DNA from: a virus
Taxonomy: Duplodnaviria; Caudoviricetes
Virus record (IMG/VR): IMGVR_UViG_3300048576_000518
Coordinates: 1-46,479 of that record
DNA length: 46,479 bases
Direction: 5' to 3' (one strand)
The notes under the pieces were generated by a model, which saw nothing but the letters and a program-made list of their open reading frames with translations, was not told the origin of the DNA and ran no database searches. Made by a program: the position numbers and the translations under genes. Of this stretch, positions 1 to 9,184 are shown one piece after another. Each line of letters opens with the position of its first letter. Position 1 is the first letter of the stretch.

Positions 1-825
1 TTATTTTCCTATTAGTTTCGGTAAATATTCAAGAGCCAAAGGGTCTTTATCCTTGAAATACCTGTGGGCATGTTTTGGTATCCATTCTTCATTGATAAAC
101 CGTATAAATATCGGAAGCGCGTCTATGTGATACATGTAAGCAGGAGCAGTCCTTCCGTCCGGAAACGTATGTGGGTATTTTTTTCTTTGCATATAAAACA
201 CTGAATTCACATCGTTCAAATATTGGGAGAAAAGTTTGCCTACGCTAATATCCGGCATCATCTGTGCGCCATGCTCACCTTTGTCAGGTATAGCATAACC
301 CACTTTTTCAAGTTCCATATAGAGGCGGGCGTACATCTCAGAAATAACCGAAAAATGATCTTTAGGTAACTTGTGGTAATTGTCTTTATATCGTTCAATA
401 AAATTAGGGAGGGCAGCCCGGTCGATCTTGCCATAATAACCCTTGGATCGGATGGATGGAACCACCTCGTCAAAAAGCCATGTTTCAAACTTTTCAGCGG
501 ATGGAAGTTTAGATCTGACAATAAGCCTATACACATCGCCTTCGGGGATAAACTTCATATTTATTCCACCTATGCCATTTGCATGGGCAATGTAGCATTT
601 TACGACGTTGCCTGATTTACAGTGCGTTGATATTGCATCCCTTGGATTTTCATATCCAAGCATTCTCGCTACATCTGATGCACAAAAAAGAATCTTACCT
701 TCCTGGGTCTCTATCGTCCTTACTTCATTGAACGCCTGTTCCTCTTCAGATTTATACTTAAAAACCTGTAACTGGAGGTTTATGTTGAAGCTATCATCTC
801 TCGCTTGGAGGTCTTTGTTTTTCAT
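1..825 (-). CDS. BRO-N domain protein with a BstA-like C-terminal domain (candidate prophage defence or antirepressor protein)
   Basis: BRO-N motifs (FCASDVARMLGYENPRDAI, IPEGDVYRLIVRSKLPSAEKFETWLFDEVVPSIR). The C-terminal RY..N..P..HFS...LE..GY..PD..MPDISVG...Y.H..DGR pattern resembles BstA-family proteins as recalled. Lies downstream of the repressor. Confidence 0.7.
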   Translation of the reverse strand: MKNKDLQARDDSFNINLQLQVFKYKSEEEQAFNEVRTIETQEGKILFCASDVARMLGYENPRDAISTHCKSGNVVKCYIAHANGIGGINMKFIPEGDVYRLIVRSKLPSAEKFETWLFDEVVPSIRSKGYYGKIDRAALPNFIERYKDNYHKLPKDHFSVISEMYARLYMELEKVGYAIPDKGEHGAQMMPDISVGKLFSQYLNDVNSVFYMQRKKYPHTFPDGRTAPAYMYHIDALPIFIRFINEEWIPKHAHRYFKDKDPLALEYLPKLIGK

Positions 826-843
826 AGCTTTCTTGTTGTTGTA

Positions 844-1695
844 TTATTGTTTAGTTATTGACAGACATGTAAGATTATTTCCAATTTCGATGCCTTTTAT
901 TGAATCTGCATTATATATTTTAAAATTAAGCCTATTGAAACTCCAAGTTTGAGGTTTGATAGTATCAGCCGTGCTTGTAAATTCTATATTCGATGGCATT
1001 TTACAATAAACATAAATTCTGCGTAAAATTGCCATATTGCTAAGATGATCAGATATGATATATAGATCCGAAAGTTTGCCATTTGTAAATCCTAGAAACG
1101 ATACGCTATCACCCATGTTTGTTCTTGATAGATAGGGAGAATAGTCGTAGGAAACGAAACTGCCCATATCGGTTCTATTTGTATTGAATGTATATCCGAA
1201 TATATCGGACGTATGCTTTGTGATTGTTATTTTTGGAACAGCCTTGAACCTTACAACGATACCGTTTGTATAATTCACAACAGCCTTTATTGCTAAATTA
1301 TTAGTAATACCACTAATATCTAATTTTACGGTATTTGTAACTTTCCATTTTTGAGCATCTCCATCCCATGTTTTTGAAACCTTGTAATCGTTTTGCTTAA
1401 TGTCATTTACAAACCAATCAACCGATGTGTTAGCTCCATCTTTGTCATAATAAAGAATGTCTCTTGAAATGATTCTGTTTATTGTCGTATCAATGATAGA
1501 ATAGTAATCATTAAGTAATATTTCTGATTCCTTTTTCCATGTGGAGACCCCGTCAACTCCATCAATTGTTCCTGGCATTGGTGTCATTCCTGGATATTTA
1601 CTTTCTCCCAAAATATCATTAGTTTTCTCAGATTCATAATTACTTGCGCACGAGAATAATAATAACAAGAATGAAAATAGTAGCAATTTTTTCAT
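844..1695 (-). CDS. Lipoprotein of the immunity region (superinfection-exclusion candidate)
   Basis: MKK, hydrophobic stretch and lipobox LFSC; co-oriented directly downstream of the repressor; AT-rich. Confidence 0.65.
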   Translation of the reverse strand: MKKLLLFSFLLLLFSCASNYESEKTNDILGESKYPGMTPMPGTIDGVDGVSTWKKESEILLNDYYSIIDTTINRIISRDILYYDKDGANTSVDWFVNDIKQNDYKVSKTWDGDAQKWKVTNTVKLDISGITNNLAIKAVVNYTNGIVVRFKAVPKITITKHTSDIFGYTFNTNRTDMGSFVSYDYSPYLSRTNMGDSVSFLGFTNGKLSDLYIISDHLSNMAILRRIYVYCKMPSNIEFTSTADTIKPQTWSFNRLNFKIYNADSIKGIEIGNNLTCLSITKQ

Positions 1696-1716
1696 AATGA
1701 ATGATCTACTTTTAGT

Positions 1717-2409
1717 TTATAATTTCATGCTCCTTTCCTCTATCCTAACTACTGAAAACAGTTCTTTTATTTCATCGATATGCAATTTGAAATCTTCATA
1801 TTGTGGGTCCGGATTTATCGAATGGCAAGTTATCACTCCATTGTCAACGTCATGATCTATTACTTGCTTTATAACTATGCCATTGTTTGTCACAAATAGA
1901 AAATAATAATCCCGGTAATGCAGCTTGCAATTTTCCCACAAATGCCTACCTATTTCCCTACATAGTATAATATCACGATCACATATTGCTCTTCTGCTAT
2001 CATCATCCATGCTGTCTCCCTCCACTTCGAACAAAAGGTATTTCCCTTTGTATTCCCGATCCACTCTTATTTTCTTAACTGGCAAAGTCTCCATATATTC
2101 CGAATCCGCATAGCCTGAAAGATAACCGGCTCTTGCCCTATACTGGATCAAAGGCACATCAATAATATCAATATCTTCCGCAATTTTTGCGTTAGATTGG
2201 CTGTTTTTCAGCATTTCCCCCTCACCGGTCATCAACCATCCTGTGTTAAGTTCAGGAAACTGCATAGCTATTTTATGTAGCGTAATTGGTTGTATTGACT
2301 TCTTTATGGCATTTACATACCCATCGGAGACACCTACTATTTGAGCAAATTTCTTTTGTCCTATTTTTTTATATTTCAAAAACTCTATAAGACGCTGTTT
2401 AACAGACAT
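1717..2409 (-). CDS. CI-like phage repressor (XRE HTH plus S24/LexA peptidase)
   Basis: N-terminal HTH ending WLMTGEGEM; C-terminal EVEGDSM (catalytic Ser) and IVIKQ (catalytic Lys); divergent from small HTH genes. Confidence 0.92.
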   Translation of the reverse strand: MSVKQRLIEFLKYKKIGQKKFAQIVGVSDGYVNAIKKSIQPITLHKIAMQFPELNTGWLMTGEGEMLKNSQSNAKIAEDIDIIDVPLIQYRARAGYLSGYADSEYMETLPVKKIRVDREYKGKYLLFEVEGDSMDDDSRRAICDRDIILCREIGRHLWENCKLHYRDYYFLFVTNNGIVIKQVIDHDVDNGVITCHSINPDPQYEDFKLHIDEIKELFSVVRIEERSMKL

Positions 2410-2481
2410 ATAAAAATTATTTTCAGTTTTACATAAAAAAGTTATGTATTTTTCTTGCGTATTACATAGCTAAGGTATATA
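2261..2481. promoter_or_regulatory. Three putative 19-bp operators TACATA-N7-TATGTA (2261-2279, 2430-2448, 2463-2481)
   Basis: TGCATA-gctattt-TATGTA, TACATA-aaaaagt-TATGTA and TACATA-gctaagg-TATATA; the last overlaps the rightward -7 box. Confidence 0.65.
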
Positions 2482-2516
2482 TTTGCAATGTGTTTAAGTA
2501 AACAATAGCAAATATA
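2452..2516. promoter_or_regulatory. Face-to-face Bacteroidota sigma-A promoters of the cI/cro switch
   Basis: TATATTTG at 2478-2485 (+) with TTG about 20 nt upstream; CAAATATA at 2509-2516 reads TATATTTG on the - strand. Confidence 0.7.
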
Positions 2517-2524
2517 TTATAATT

Positions 2525-2731
2525 ATGGCAATATTAGATCAAATACCAGCAGAAAGAATAATAGCAGGCGATAGAAAACTTGCCGAAATCTTGAAAAAAA
2601 GCAGAATGACTATTAGCAATTGGAAGAAGGACGGGAAGATTAATTACTTGAAAATAAACGACGAGTATTTTTATGATTCCGCCAGAATCTTTGCAACACC
2701 TGAAGAAAGGGAACAGCCATGCCAGAAGTAA
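2525..2731 (+). CDS. Cro-like / MerR-type HTH DNA-binding protein
   Basis: LAEILKKSRMTISNWKKDGKI HTH; first gene divergent from the repressor. Confidence 0.7.
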   Translation: MAILDQIPAERIIAGDRKLAEILKKSRMTISNWKKDGKINYLKINDEYFYDSARIFATPEEREQPCQK

Positions 2732-2901
2732 AGCTACTCAACAACAACGATGTTATGCGCATGATGGGCATTCGGGATAACCGAACAATCAAGCGATACA
2801 GGCAAAAAGGCCTCGGTTATATCCGTGTGGGAAAAGCCTACATGTATACTCAGGATCAAGTAAATGCTTTTATTAATAAAAATTCATCAACTAATATTTA
2901 A
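2719..2901 (+). CDS. Excisionase-like HTH_17 protein
   Basis: LLNNNDVMRMMGI..RTIKRYRQKGLGYIRVG..YMYT...V..F pattern. Confidence 0.75.
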   Translation: MPEVKLLNNNDVMRMMGIRDNRTIKRYRQKGLGYIRVGKAYMYTQDQVNAFINKNSSTNI

Positions 2902-2980
2902 CCCGGCACCATCTCGGTAAGGTTACTAAGGCTTTTATACTCACAGAAAGTAGTTTTCAATTTATTAAATAATTACAGCT

Positions 2981-3082
2981 ATGAAACTAATATTATTAAT
3001 ACCGTCCATCATGTTTGCCATTACATGGCTATTGATTTATGGTGGATCAAAGATGAAAGGACATGAAGAAGATCACGGCTAA
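2981..3082 (+). CDS. 33-aa single-TM peptide (below ORF-track cutoff)
   Basis: Manual translation MKLILLIPSIMFAITWLLIYGGSKMKGHEEDHG*; AT-rich leader; overlaps the next gene. Confidence 0.45.
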   Translation: MKLILLIPSIMFAITWLLIYGGSKMKGHEEDHG

Positions 3083-3257
3083 AGACAAATTAAAGCTTGT
3101 CTATTTCCTGTTGTCGATGCAGCTGCTATCGGTGCATGAAAGTTCACCTATGTGGGTGATCGTTCTGGTACTTGCGAACTTCGGTTTCTCCATCTACATG
3201 ATGAGAAACTTCCCCTACAAAACTCTTGATGAGAAAATAAACAACTTCTTCAAATAA
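3063..3257 (+). CDS. Small membrane protein
   Basis: 64 aa, two hydrophobic segments, in operon. Confidence 0.6.
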   Translation: MKKITAKDKLKLVYFLLSMQLLSVHESSPMWVIVLVLANFGFSIYMMRNFPYKTLDEKINNFFK

Positions 3258-3264
3258 TCTTATT

Positions 3265-3744
3265 ATGGATGCTAATATATATGGATTTCCGAACTACCAT
3301 GTGACAACTGATGGGAGAGTGTATAATCTAAAATTTAATCGATGGTTAAAACCAGGCAAAAATACATGTGGTTATCCATTTGTAATATTATCTAATAAAG
3401 GAGATTTAAAGCAGATAATGATTCATCGGCTTGTAGCATCAGCATATCTTCCTAACCCTAATAATCTTCCTCATGTGATGCACTTGGACGACAATAAGGA
3501 AAATAATACTGTATTAAATTTACGCTGGTGTACCCATCAGGAAAACATGAAAGATAGGGATTTAAAAAAAAGAGATGCATGGCGTGGAAAATTTGGAGAA
3601 AAACATGCTTCTTCAAAATTAAAAGACTCACAACGTATTGAGATTGCATCTAAATACAAGACTGGAAGGTATACTCAATCTGAATTAGCTAAAGAGTATA
3701 AAGTCGACCAGGGATTAATAAGCAAGATTACTAAAACATTCTAA
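3265..3744 (+). CDS. NUMOD4/HNH homing endonuclease with C-terminal HTH
   Basis: IHRLVASAYL, VMHLDDNKENNTVLNLRW; C-terminal YTQSELAKEYKV HTH. Confidence 0.88.
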   Translation: MDANIYGFPNYHVTTDGRVYNLKFNRWLKPGKNTCGYPFVILSNKGDLKQIMIHRLVASAYLPNPNNLPHVMHLDDNKENNTVLNLRWCTHQENMKDRDLKKRDAWRGKFGEKHASSKLKDSQRIEIASKYKTGRYTQSELAKEYKVDQGLISKITKTF

Positions 3745-3758
3745 AAACAAAAAACAAG

Positions 3759-5792
3759 ATGAAGCTGATTATTAAGAAGTTATTTCTTTCCAACTGGAAA
3801 GGAAAGAGGGAATTCACACTTATTCCTCAAGAAAACGTCACTTCAGTGCATGGTACTAACAAAGCTGGAAAGTCAACAATCTGCGATGCCTGGTCCTGGC
3901 TGTGGACGGGAAAGGACACCAAAGGCCGCGCCGATTTTGAGATCAAGACCCGTGACGAGAACGGTGACAACATCCACAGGCTTGAACACATGGTGGCTGC
4001 CGAGATGGAGGTGGACGGAACGCCTTACACCGTTGGCCGGACCTATCAGGAGCAATGGGTAAAACCGACTGGTGAAGAAAATCAAGTATTAAAGTCCCAC
4101 ACTACTACTTTCAACTGGGACTCGATCCCATTGACCTTGAAAAAGGACTTTGACGTACGTGTTGACAAGTTGTTTGGAGGAGCAGAGCAATTCCAACTAC
4201 TTTCGAATCCACGGTATTTTCTCGACAGCAAAGATGTTTCTTGGCAAAAACGTCGCAAACTATTAATGGATCTTGCTGGCGTGACCGATGATGCCATCCT
4301 TGCGCAGCTATCAGCTACTAATCCAGACTTCGCCTCTCTTATCGCCGAACTTGGCCGCAACACTCTTGACGATTTCCGCAAAAAGCTAAATGCGGACAAA
4401 AAGAGGCTTCGCGAAGAAATCGAAAAGATTCCTATCCGTATCCGCGAGGCCACTTTAGCTATTCCTGAAGAACCGGACTATAATGCTGTGCAAACAGCCA
4501 TTACAACCAAAGAAGCCGAAATCAAAGCTATTGACGAACAGATAGCGGACATCTCCAAGGCTTTCGAAGGGCAAGCAGAAAGGATCAAAGCCCATCAGAA
4601 CAGTATCCTTGAAAAGGAGCGGCGGTTGAACGCCATACGATCAGAGGTGACTATTGATGTCGATAATTTCAATCGTGACCAGAATAAGGAATTGAATGAA
4701 TTGAATGCAAAGCTGGTTCAGCTTGACACTTCAATCCGATCGCTTACTTCCGATCAGGCTCTTTTGATCAACAAGATCCACAACAAGGAGTCGGAAATCA
4801 AGTCTCAAAAAGAGCTGCTTCAAGCACTCCGGACAACCTACAACGGCTTGAATTCTCTTGTTATGCTTGATTCAGAGAAACAATGCCCGGCGTGTGGCCA
4901 GGAACTGCCGGAAGATAAACTCGAAGGTGCTGTATTGCGATTTAATGCCGACAAAGCAAAGAAAGTGCAGGCAAACATTGAGCAGGGCAAAAACCAGAAG
5001 GCGGTCCTTGAATCGCTCGAAGAACAACTTTCTGAACTGCAATCACAGAAAGCGGGAATTGCCGAGTCAATTATGGCCAAGCATTCTGAAAAGTCCGAAC
5101 TATTACAGGCGATAGAAGCGGAGAAAGCATGTCCAAGGCAAGATTACACCGTGGGCGATCTTCTTTCCAAGAACGCAGAATTTGAACGCCTGATAAGTGA
5201 GGTAGCGGAATTGAAAGCCAATGCCCCGGAGTTCAAACAACCCGACACCACAGAACTTCGTCAAAAGAAATCCCTTGTTCAGCGTGATGTGGATGAGCTC
5301 AAAAAGCAACTCTATATCAAGGGAACTGCCGAAACACAGCGTAAGCGGATTTCTGACCTTGAAACAGAACTCAAAACTCTTTCTCAAGAACTGGCTACAC
5401 TCGAAGGTAAGGAGTTCATTGCCGATAAATTCAACCGGGCCAAGATCGAAGCAATTGAGAATGGAATCAACGGACTATTTGCTACCATCAAATGGCGGAT
5501 GTTCTCACCCCTCATGAATGGCGGTGAAGAGGAATGTTGTGAAGCTTTAATCGACGGTGTGCCATATCAGACGGCTAACAATGCCGCTCAGATAAATGCC
5601 GGCATTGAATGTATCAACACGCTTTCAAAGCACTTCGATATGTATCTGCCTATCTTGATCGATAATGCGGAAAGTCTGGTTGAAGTCATTGATAGTGAAT
5701 CTCAGATAATAAAATTCATCGTTGATGGAGATTGTGCTATACTAACAGTAAGACCCGAAAACAGTACAATTTTATCCAAAACGCTTTTTTGA
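3759..5792 (+). CDS. SbcC/Rad50-like AAA ATPase
   Basis: Walker A GTNKAGKST, long coiled coils, central zinc hook CPACG, Walker B ILIDNAES. Confidence 0.88.
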   Translation: MKLIIKKLFLSNWKGKREFTLIPQENVTSVHGTNKAGKSTICDAWSWLWTGKDTKGRADFEIKTRDENGDNIHRLEHMVAAEMEVDGTPYTVGRTYQEQWVKPTGEENQVLKSHTTTFNWDSIPLTLKKDFDVRVDKLFGGAEQFQLLSNPRYFLDSKDVSWQKRRKLLMDLAGVTDDAILAQLSATNPDFASLIAELGRNTLDDFRKKLNADKKRLREEIEKIPIRIREATLAIPEEPDYNAVQTAITTKEAEIKAIDEQIADISKAFEGQAERIKAHQNSILEKERRLNAIRSEVTIDVDNFNRDQNKELNELNAKLVQLDTSIRSLTSDQALLINKIHNKESEIKSQKELLQALRTTYNGLNSLVMLDSEKQCPACGQELPEDKLEGAVLRFNADKAKKVQANIEQGKNQKAVLESLEEQLSELQSQKAGIAESIMAKHSEKSELLQAIEAEKACPRQDYTVGDLLSKNAEFERLISEVAELKANAPEFKQPDTTELRQKKSLVQRDVDELKKQLYIKGTAETQRKRISDLETELKTLSQELATLEGKEFIADKFNRAKIEAIENGINGLFATIKWRMFSPLMNGGEEECCEALIDGVPYQTANNAAQINAGIECINTLSKHFDMYLPILIDNAESLVEVIDSESQIIKFIVDGDCAILTVRPENSTILSKTLF

Positions 5793-5793
5793 T

Positions 5794-6417
5794 ATGGAAG
5801 AATGGAAGAATATAGCCGGATACGAGGGGCTGTATCAGGTAAACGATTTGGGAGAAGTTAAAAGCCTACATAGAGAAGTTCTAGGTAAAGATGGAAAAAG
5901 AAAGTCCATTAAAAGTAGAATTATGGTCAACCAAAAATGCAGTAATGGGTACTTGTTTGTAGCCTTATCTAAAGAAGGAAAAACAAAGATGAAATTAATA
6001 CACCGCCTTGTAGCTATTGCTTTTGTGAAAGGTTTTCAAGATGGCAAAGAGGTTAACCATATCAATGAGGATAAAACGGATAACAAGGCCTCAAACCTCG
6101 AATGGATTACACATCAAGGAAACTCTGTGTATGGTACTAAAATACAGAGAACCCAAAAGACCTTCAAAGAACGAAGCGTGAGTAAAGGTGCGAATAATCC
6201 TATGTTTGGAAGATCAGGGAGTAAGAATCCAAGATCAATAAAAATTGCCCAATTGGATATGAACGGAAAACTCATTAAAGTTTTTGATTCAGCGGCTTCT
6301 GCTGCGAAAGAATTAAATGGTAATGCATCCTTTATATCAAGAACAGCAAAAGGATACTACTCTCAAGCTCTTGGCTATAAATGGAAATACTTAAATAAAA
6401 CCACTAAACAACAATAA
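5794..6417 (+). CDS. NUMOD4-HNH-NUMOD1 homing endonuclease
   Basis: EEWKNIAGYEGLYQV, IHRLVA, VNHINEDKTDNKASNLEW, C-terminal FDSAASAAKEL...GYKWKY. Confidence 0.92.
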   Translation: MEEWKNIAGYEGLYQVNDLGEVKSLHREVLGKDGKRKSIKSRIMVNQKCSNGYLFVALSKEGKTKMKLIHRLVAIAFVKGFQDGKEVNHINEDKTDNKASNLEWITHQGNSVYGTKIQRTQKTFKERSVSKGANNPMFGRSGSKNPRSIKIAQLDMNGKLIKVFDSAASAAKELNGNASFISRTAKGYYSQALGYKWKYLNKTTKQQ

Positions 6418-6419
6418 TC

Positions 6420-6692
6420 ATGACAAACCCAGAAGATTCAATAAATCCTATTATTCTAAGAAAGACTGGAGACGGTTGTTTAGATTATCGGATAGCTTCA
6501 ATAAAAGATCAGAGAGAAGGTATTTTTTTATTCTCGTCATACGGTCTTACAAAGCGTGAGTATTTCGCAGCTATGGCAATGCAAGGGATGTTGGCAAATT
6601 CTCGAGATTACGGTGATAAGTCTTATGAAGATATGGCTAAATCCTCTGTATATGTAGCCGATTCATTAATCAACGAATTAAATAAACAATAA
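6420..6692 (+). CDS. Conserved phage hypothetical protein
   Basis: Contains GLTKREYFAAMAMQG...ADSLINEL, a motif common in phage early genes. Confidence 0.75.
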   Translation: MTNPEDSINPIILRKTGDGCLDYRIASIKDQREGIFLFSSYGLTKREYFAAMAMQGMLANSRDYGDKSYEDMAKSSVYVADSLINELNKQ

Positions 6693-6698
6693 ATAATC

Positions 6699-7610
6699 AT
6701 GACAACAACTCAAAACGGGCAAGTAGCCCAAATTCAGAAAAATATTTCGGATCAGGTTTTAGCGAAAATCGAAACATTCAAGGCCTCGGGAGAACTCAAA
6801 CTCCCCGCCGATTATAGTCCAGAAAATGCACTAAAGGCAGCCTATCTTACCCTTTTGGAAACAAAAGATAAAAACGGACAAGCCGCCCTCCAGGTGTGCT
6901 CAAAAGAAAGCGTTGCAAATGCCCTTTTAAAGATGGTCGTTTGGGGGCTCTCACCACTAAAAAAACAGTGTGATTTCATCGTAAGAGGTACACAGTTAAC
7001 CTGCGATCCTGAATACACCGGAAATATTCTTCTTGCCAAGCGTTACGGCGGGTTGAAACATCACAAAGCGAATGCTATTTTCAAGGGGGACGATTTCAAA
7101 TTCGAGGTTGGCCTCGACGGTAGGCGGAAGCTCATTCACCACAAACAAGAGCTTGAATCTATCGGAGGTGAGGTGACGGGGGCTTATGTCACTTACGAAC
7201 TTGAGGACGGCACGCAGGACATGGAGATCATGAATATTGTCCAAATCAGGAACGCTTGGAATCAGGGACAAATGAAGGGACAATCTGGAGCGCATAAGAA
7301 CTTCTCCGACCAGATGGCAATTAAAACGGTGTACAACCGTATGTGCAAACTCCTCATTCGGGCTTCGGATGATGCTGTCCTCATGGGTGACGGTGGCTCT
7401 GACGATGACGAGGTAAAGCAAGCCCCGGCGGTTGCGGAAGCAAGGCAAGAGGTGATTGACAAGGCAAATGCACAAGAGATCAGCTTTGAGGATACTCCAA
7501 GCGACCAGCCAAGTTCCGATATGGGAATTCCCATATCGGAAGATAATCAACGTGTTGCGCCACAACCACAACCTGAAAGGACTAATTCCCAAACCGAAAT
7601 ACCTTATTGA
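6699..7610 (+). CDS. recT: RecT-family single-strand annealing recombinase
   Basis: CSKESVANALLKMVVWGLSP, FSDQMAIKTVYNR, acidic disordered tail; SbcC/MBL context. Confidence 0.88.
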   Translation: MTTTQNGQVAQIQKNISDQVLAKIETFKASGELKLPADYSPENALKAAYLTLLETKDKNGQAALQVCSKESVANALLKMVVWGLSPLKKQCDFIVRGTQLTCDPEYTGNILLAKRYGGLKHHKANAIFKGDDFKFEVGLDGRRKLIHHKQELESIGGEVTGAYVTYELEDGTQDMEIMNIVQIRNAWNQGQMKGQSGAHKNFSDQMAIKTVYNRMCKLLIRASDDAVLMGDGGSDDDEVKQAPAVAEARQEVIDKANAQEISFEDTPSDQPSSDMGIPISEDNQRVAPQPQPERTNSQTEIPY

Positions 7611-7612
7611 TT

Positions 7613-7819
7613 ATGGAATTAGAAATATATCAAAAAGCAAAAGACTTGAGGGTTGAATTGGATAAAGTTTATGCGGTGCTAGATAAATTGGCCAAAGGTT
7701 TCTGCGAAATAACTATCGGTGGGGTGTAAGTCCCGTATTCTAAAGAGATAGGAGTAAAACTATATAAAGCTGTTCAGGAACACATCGGAGAACTCGAAGA
7801 AAAATTTAAAAAGTTATAG
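7613..7819 (+). pseudogene. Small phage gene interrupted by an in-frame TAA (7727-7729)
   Basis: MELEIYQKAK...ITIGGV*VPYSKEIGVKLYKAVQEHIGELEEKFKKL*; the frame exactly fills the gap between recT and the next gene. Confidence 0.6.
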
Positions 7820-7822
7820 GCC

Positions 7823-8443
7823 ATGGAAAAAGTAGTAGATACAATCAAAATAGAGAAACTTGAAGGCGGGTCTTTCAATGTTGTTCAAGGGGATCGATAT
7901 TCCGATATACTTGGTTATGATGAAATGTTAGGGTTGGTTTCAGCCCTAACAATAGCTAAAGAACCTAATTGCTTATCTTGGATGAAAACGAAAGAGGAGC
8001 ATGATGCAACACGCCCAAAGCTAAATAGTGAACCTTCTGAGGTAGAATTTGAGGATATACTTGTGCCGGAGAGTATAGGGATATACAGATATAACGGATA
8101 TTCTCAAGACAATGATGGTGATACGCTTCTAATTGGATTCAATAATAACAGCCAACTTCTTGGTTATTGCAATGGACGATGGAATGTTTCTACGGGTTAT
8201 GAAGGAGATTTCGACAAGGTTTCGTGCAAACTTATCCCATGTAATCGAGAAGATTTGAGAGCAGGTGATACGGTATTTACGTCTATAGCTAATTTCATGA
8301 TAGAGGCAGAATTTGAAAGGCTTAGCAACTATGCGAAAGTATTAGATTCTGAAAAAGTGATATTTATTTACGAAGATTTCCCTTCTATTGGCGAATGGCC
8401 GAGTTCCATTAACTGGTATAAAGTAGTTCCCGTATGCAATTAA
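7823..8443 (+). CDS. Hypothetical protein
   Basis: 206-aa ORF in operon, overlaps the next start. Confidence 0.7.
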   Translation: MEKVVDTIKIEKLEGGSFNVVQGDRYSDILGYDEMLGLVSALTIAKEPNCLSWMKTKEEHDATRPKLNSEPSEVEFEDILVPESIGIYRYNGYSQDNDGDTLLIGFNNNSQLLGYCNGRWNVSTGYEGDFDKVSCKLIPCNREDLRAGDTVFTSIANFMIEAEFERLSNYAKVLDSEKVIFIYEDFPSIGEWPSSINWYKVVPVCN

Positions 8444-9183
8444 CAGTCCTCGGTTCATCCTCTGCCGGCAACTGCTACCTATTTGAGAGTAAAAGCCAAG
8501 TCCTCATCCTTGAGGCTGGCTTGCCTCTCAAGGCGGTGAAAGAGGCTTTGAAATTCGATATTTCTAAGGTAGTTGGATGTATTATCTCGCATGAACACGG
8601 GGATCATGCTTCCCGTGTAAAAGAATTCATTGCGGCTGGAATTCCGGTTTACGCATCAAGAGGGACGATCGATGCGATAATCGTAAGGATGGCCAATAGT
8701 GATTTCGGCATGAAAGCGATGCAATCAAACAAGCGAATACAGATAGGAGAATTTGGCATTATGCCATTCGATATTAAACATGATGCTAATGAGCCTTTTG
8801 GTTTTCTAATCAAGCATCAAGAAATGGGTTTATGCCTATTTGTTACTGATACGCACTATGTTCAGTTCAAGTTTCCCGGACTTAATCAAATCCTAATAGA
8901 AGCGAATTATGAAGCTAAAATTTTGGAAGATAATGTCTGGAATGGGACGATCGACAACATGCGTTATCAACGTGTATTGAGAAGTCACATGAGCCTTGAA
9001 ACCTACATTGAAGCATTAAAAGCGAATGACCTCAGGGGTGTTCAGAACATCGTTTTGATTCACCTGTCTCCTCAAAACTCGGACGCCGAATTATTCCGTA
9101 ACAAGGTAATTGAGGCCACCGGGAAACCGACCTACATAGCCAAGAAAGGCTTGGAAATAGATTTTAGTTTAAACCCGTATTAG
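8434..9183 (+). CDS. MBL-fold metallo-hydrolase (putative exonuclease partner of RecT)
   Basis: VLGSSSAGNCY, SHEHGDH, HDA, TDT, IEANY, SHMS and IHLS motifs. Confidence 0.92.
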   Translation: MQLTVLGSSSAGNCYLFESKSQVLILEAGLPLKAVKEALKFDISKVVGCIISHEHGDHASRVKEFIAAGIPVYASRGTIDAIIVRMANSDFGMKAMQSNKRIQIGEFGIMPFDIKHDANEPFGFLIKHQEMGLCLFVTDTHYVQFKFPGLNQILIEANYEAKILEDNVWNGTIDNMRYQRVLRSHMSLETYIEALKANDLRGVQNIVLIHLSPQNSDAELFRNKVIEATGKPTYIAKKGLEIDFSLNPY

Positions 9184-9184
9184 G

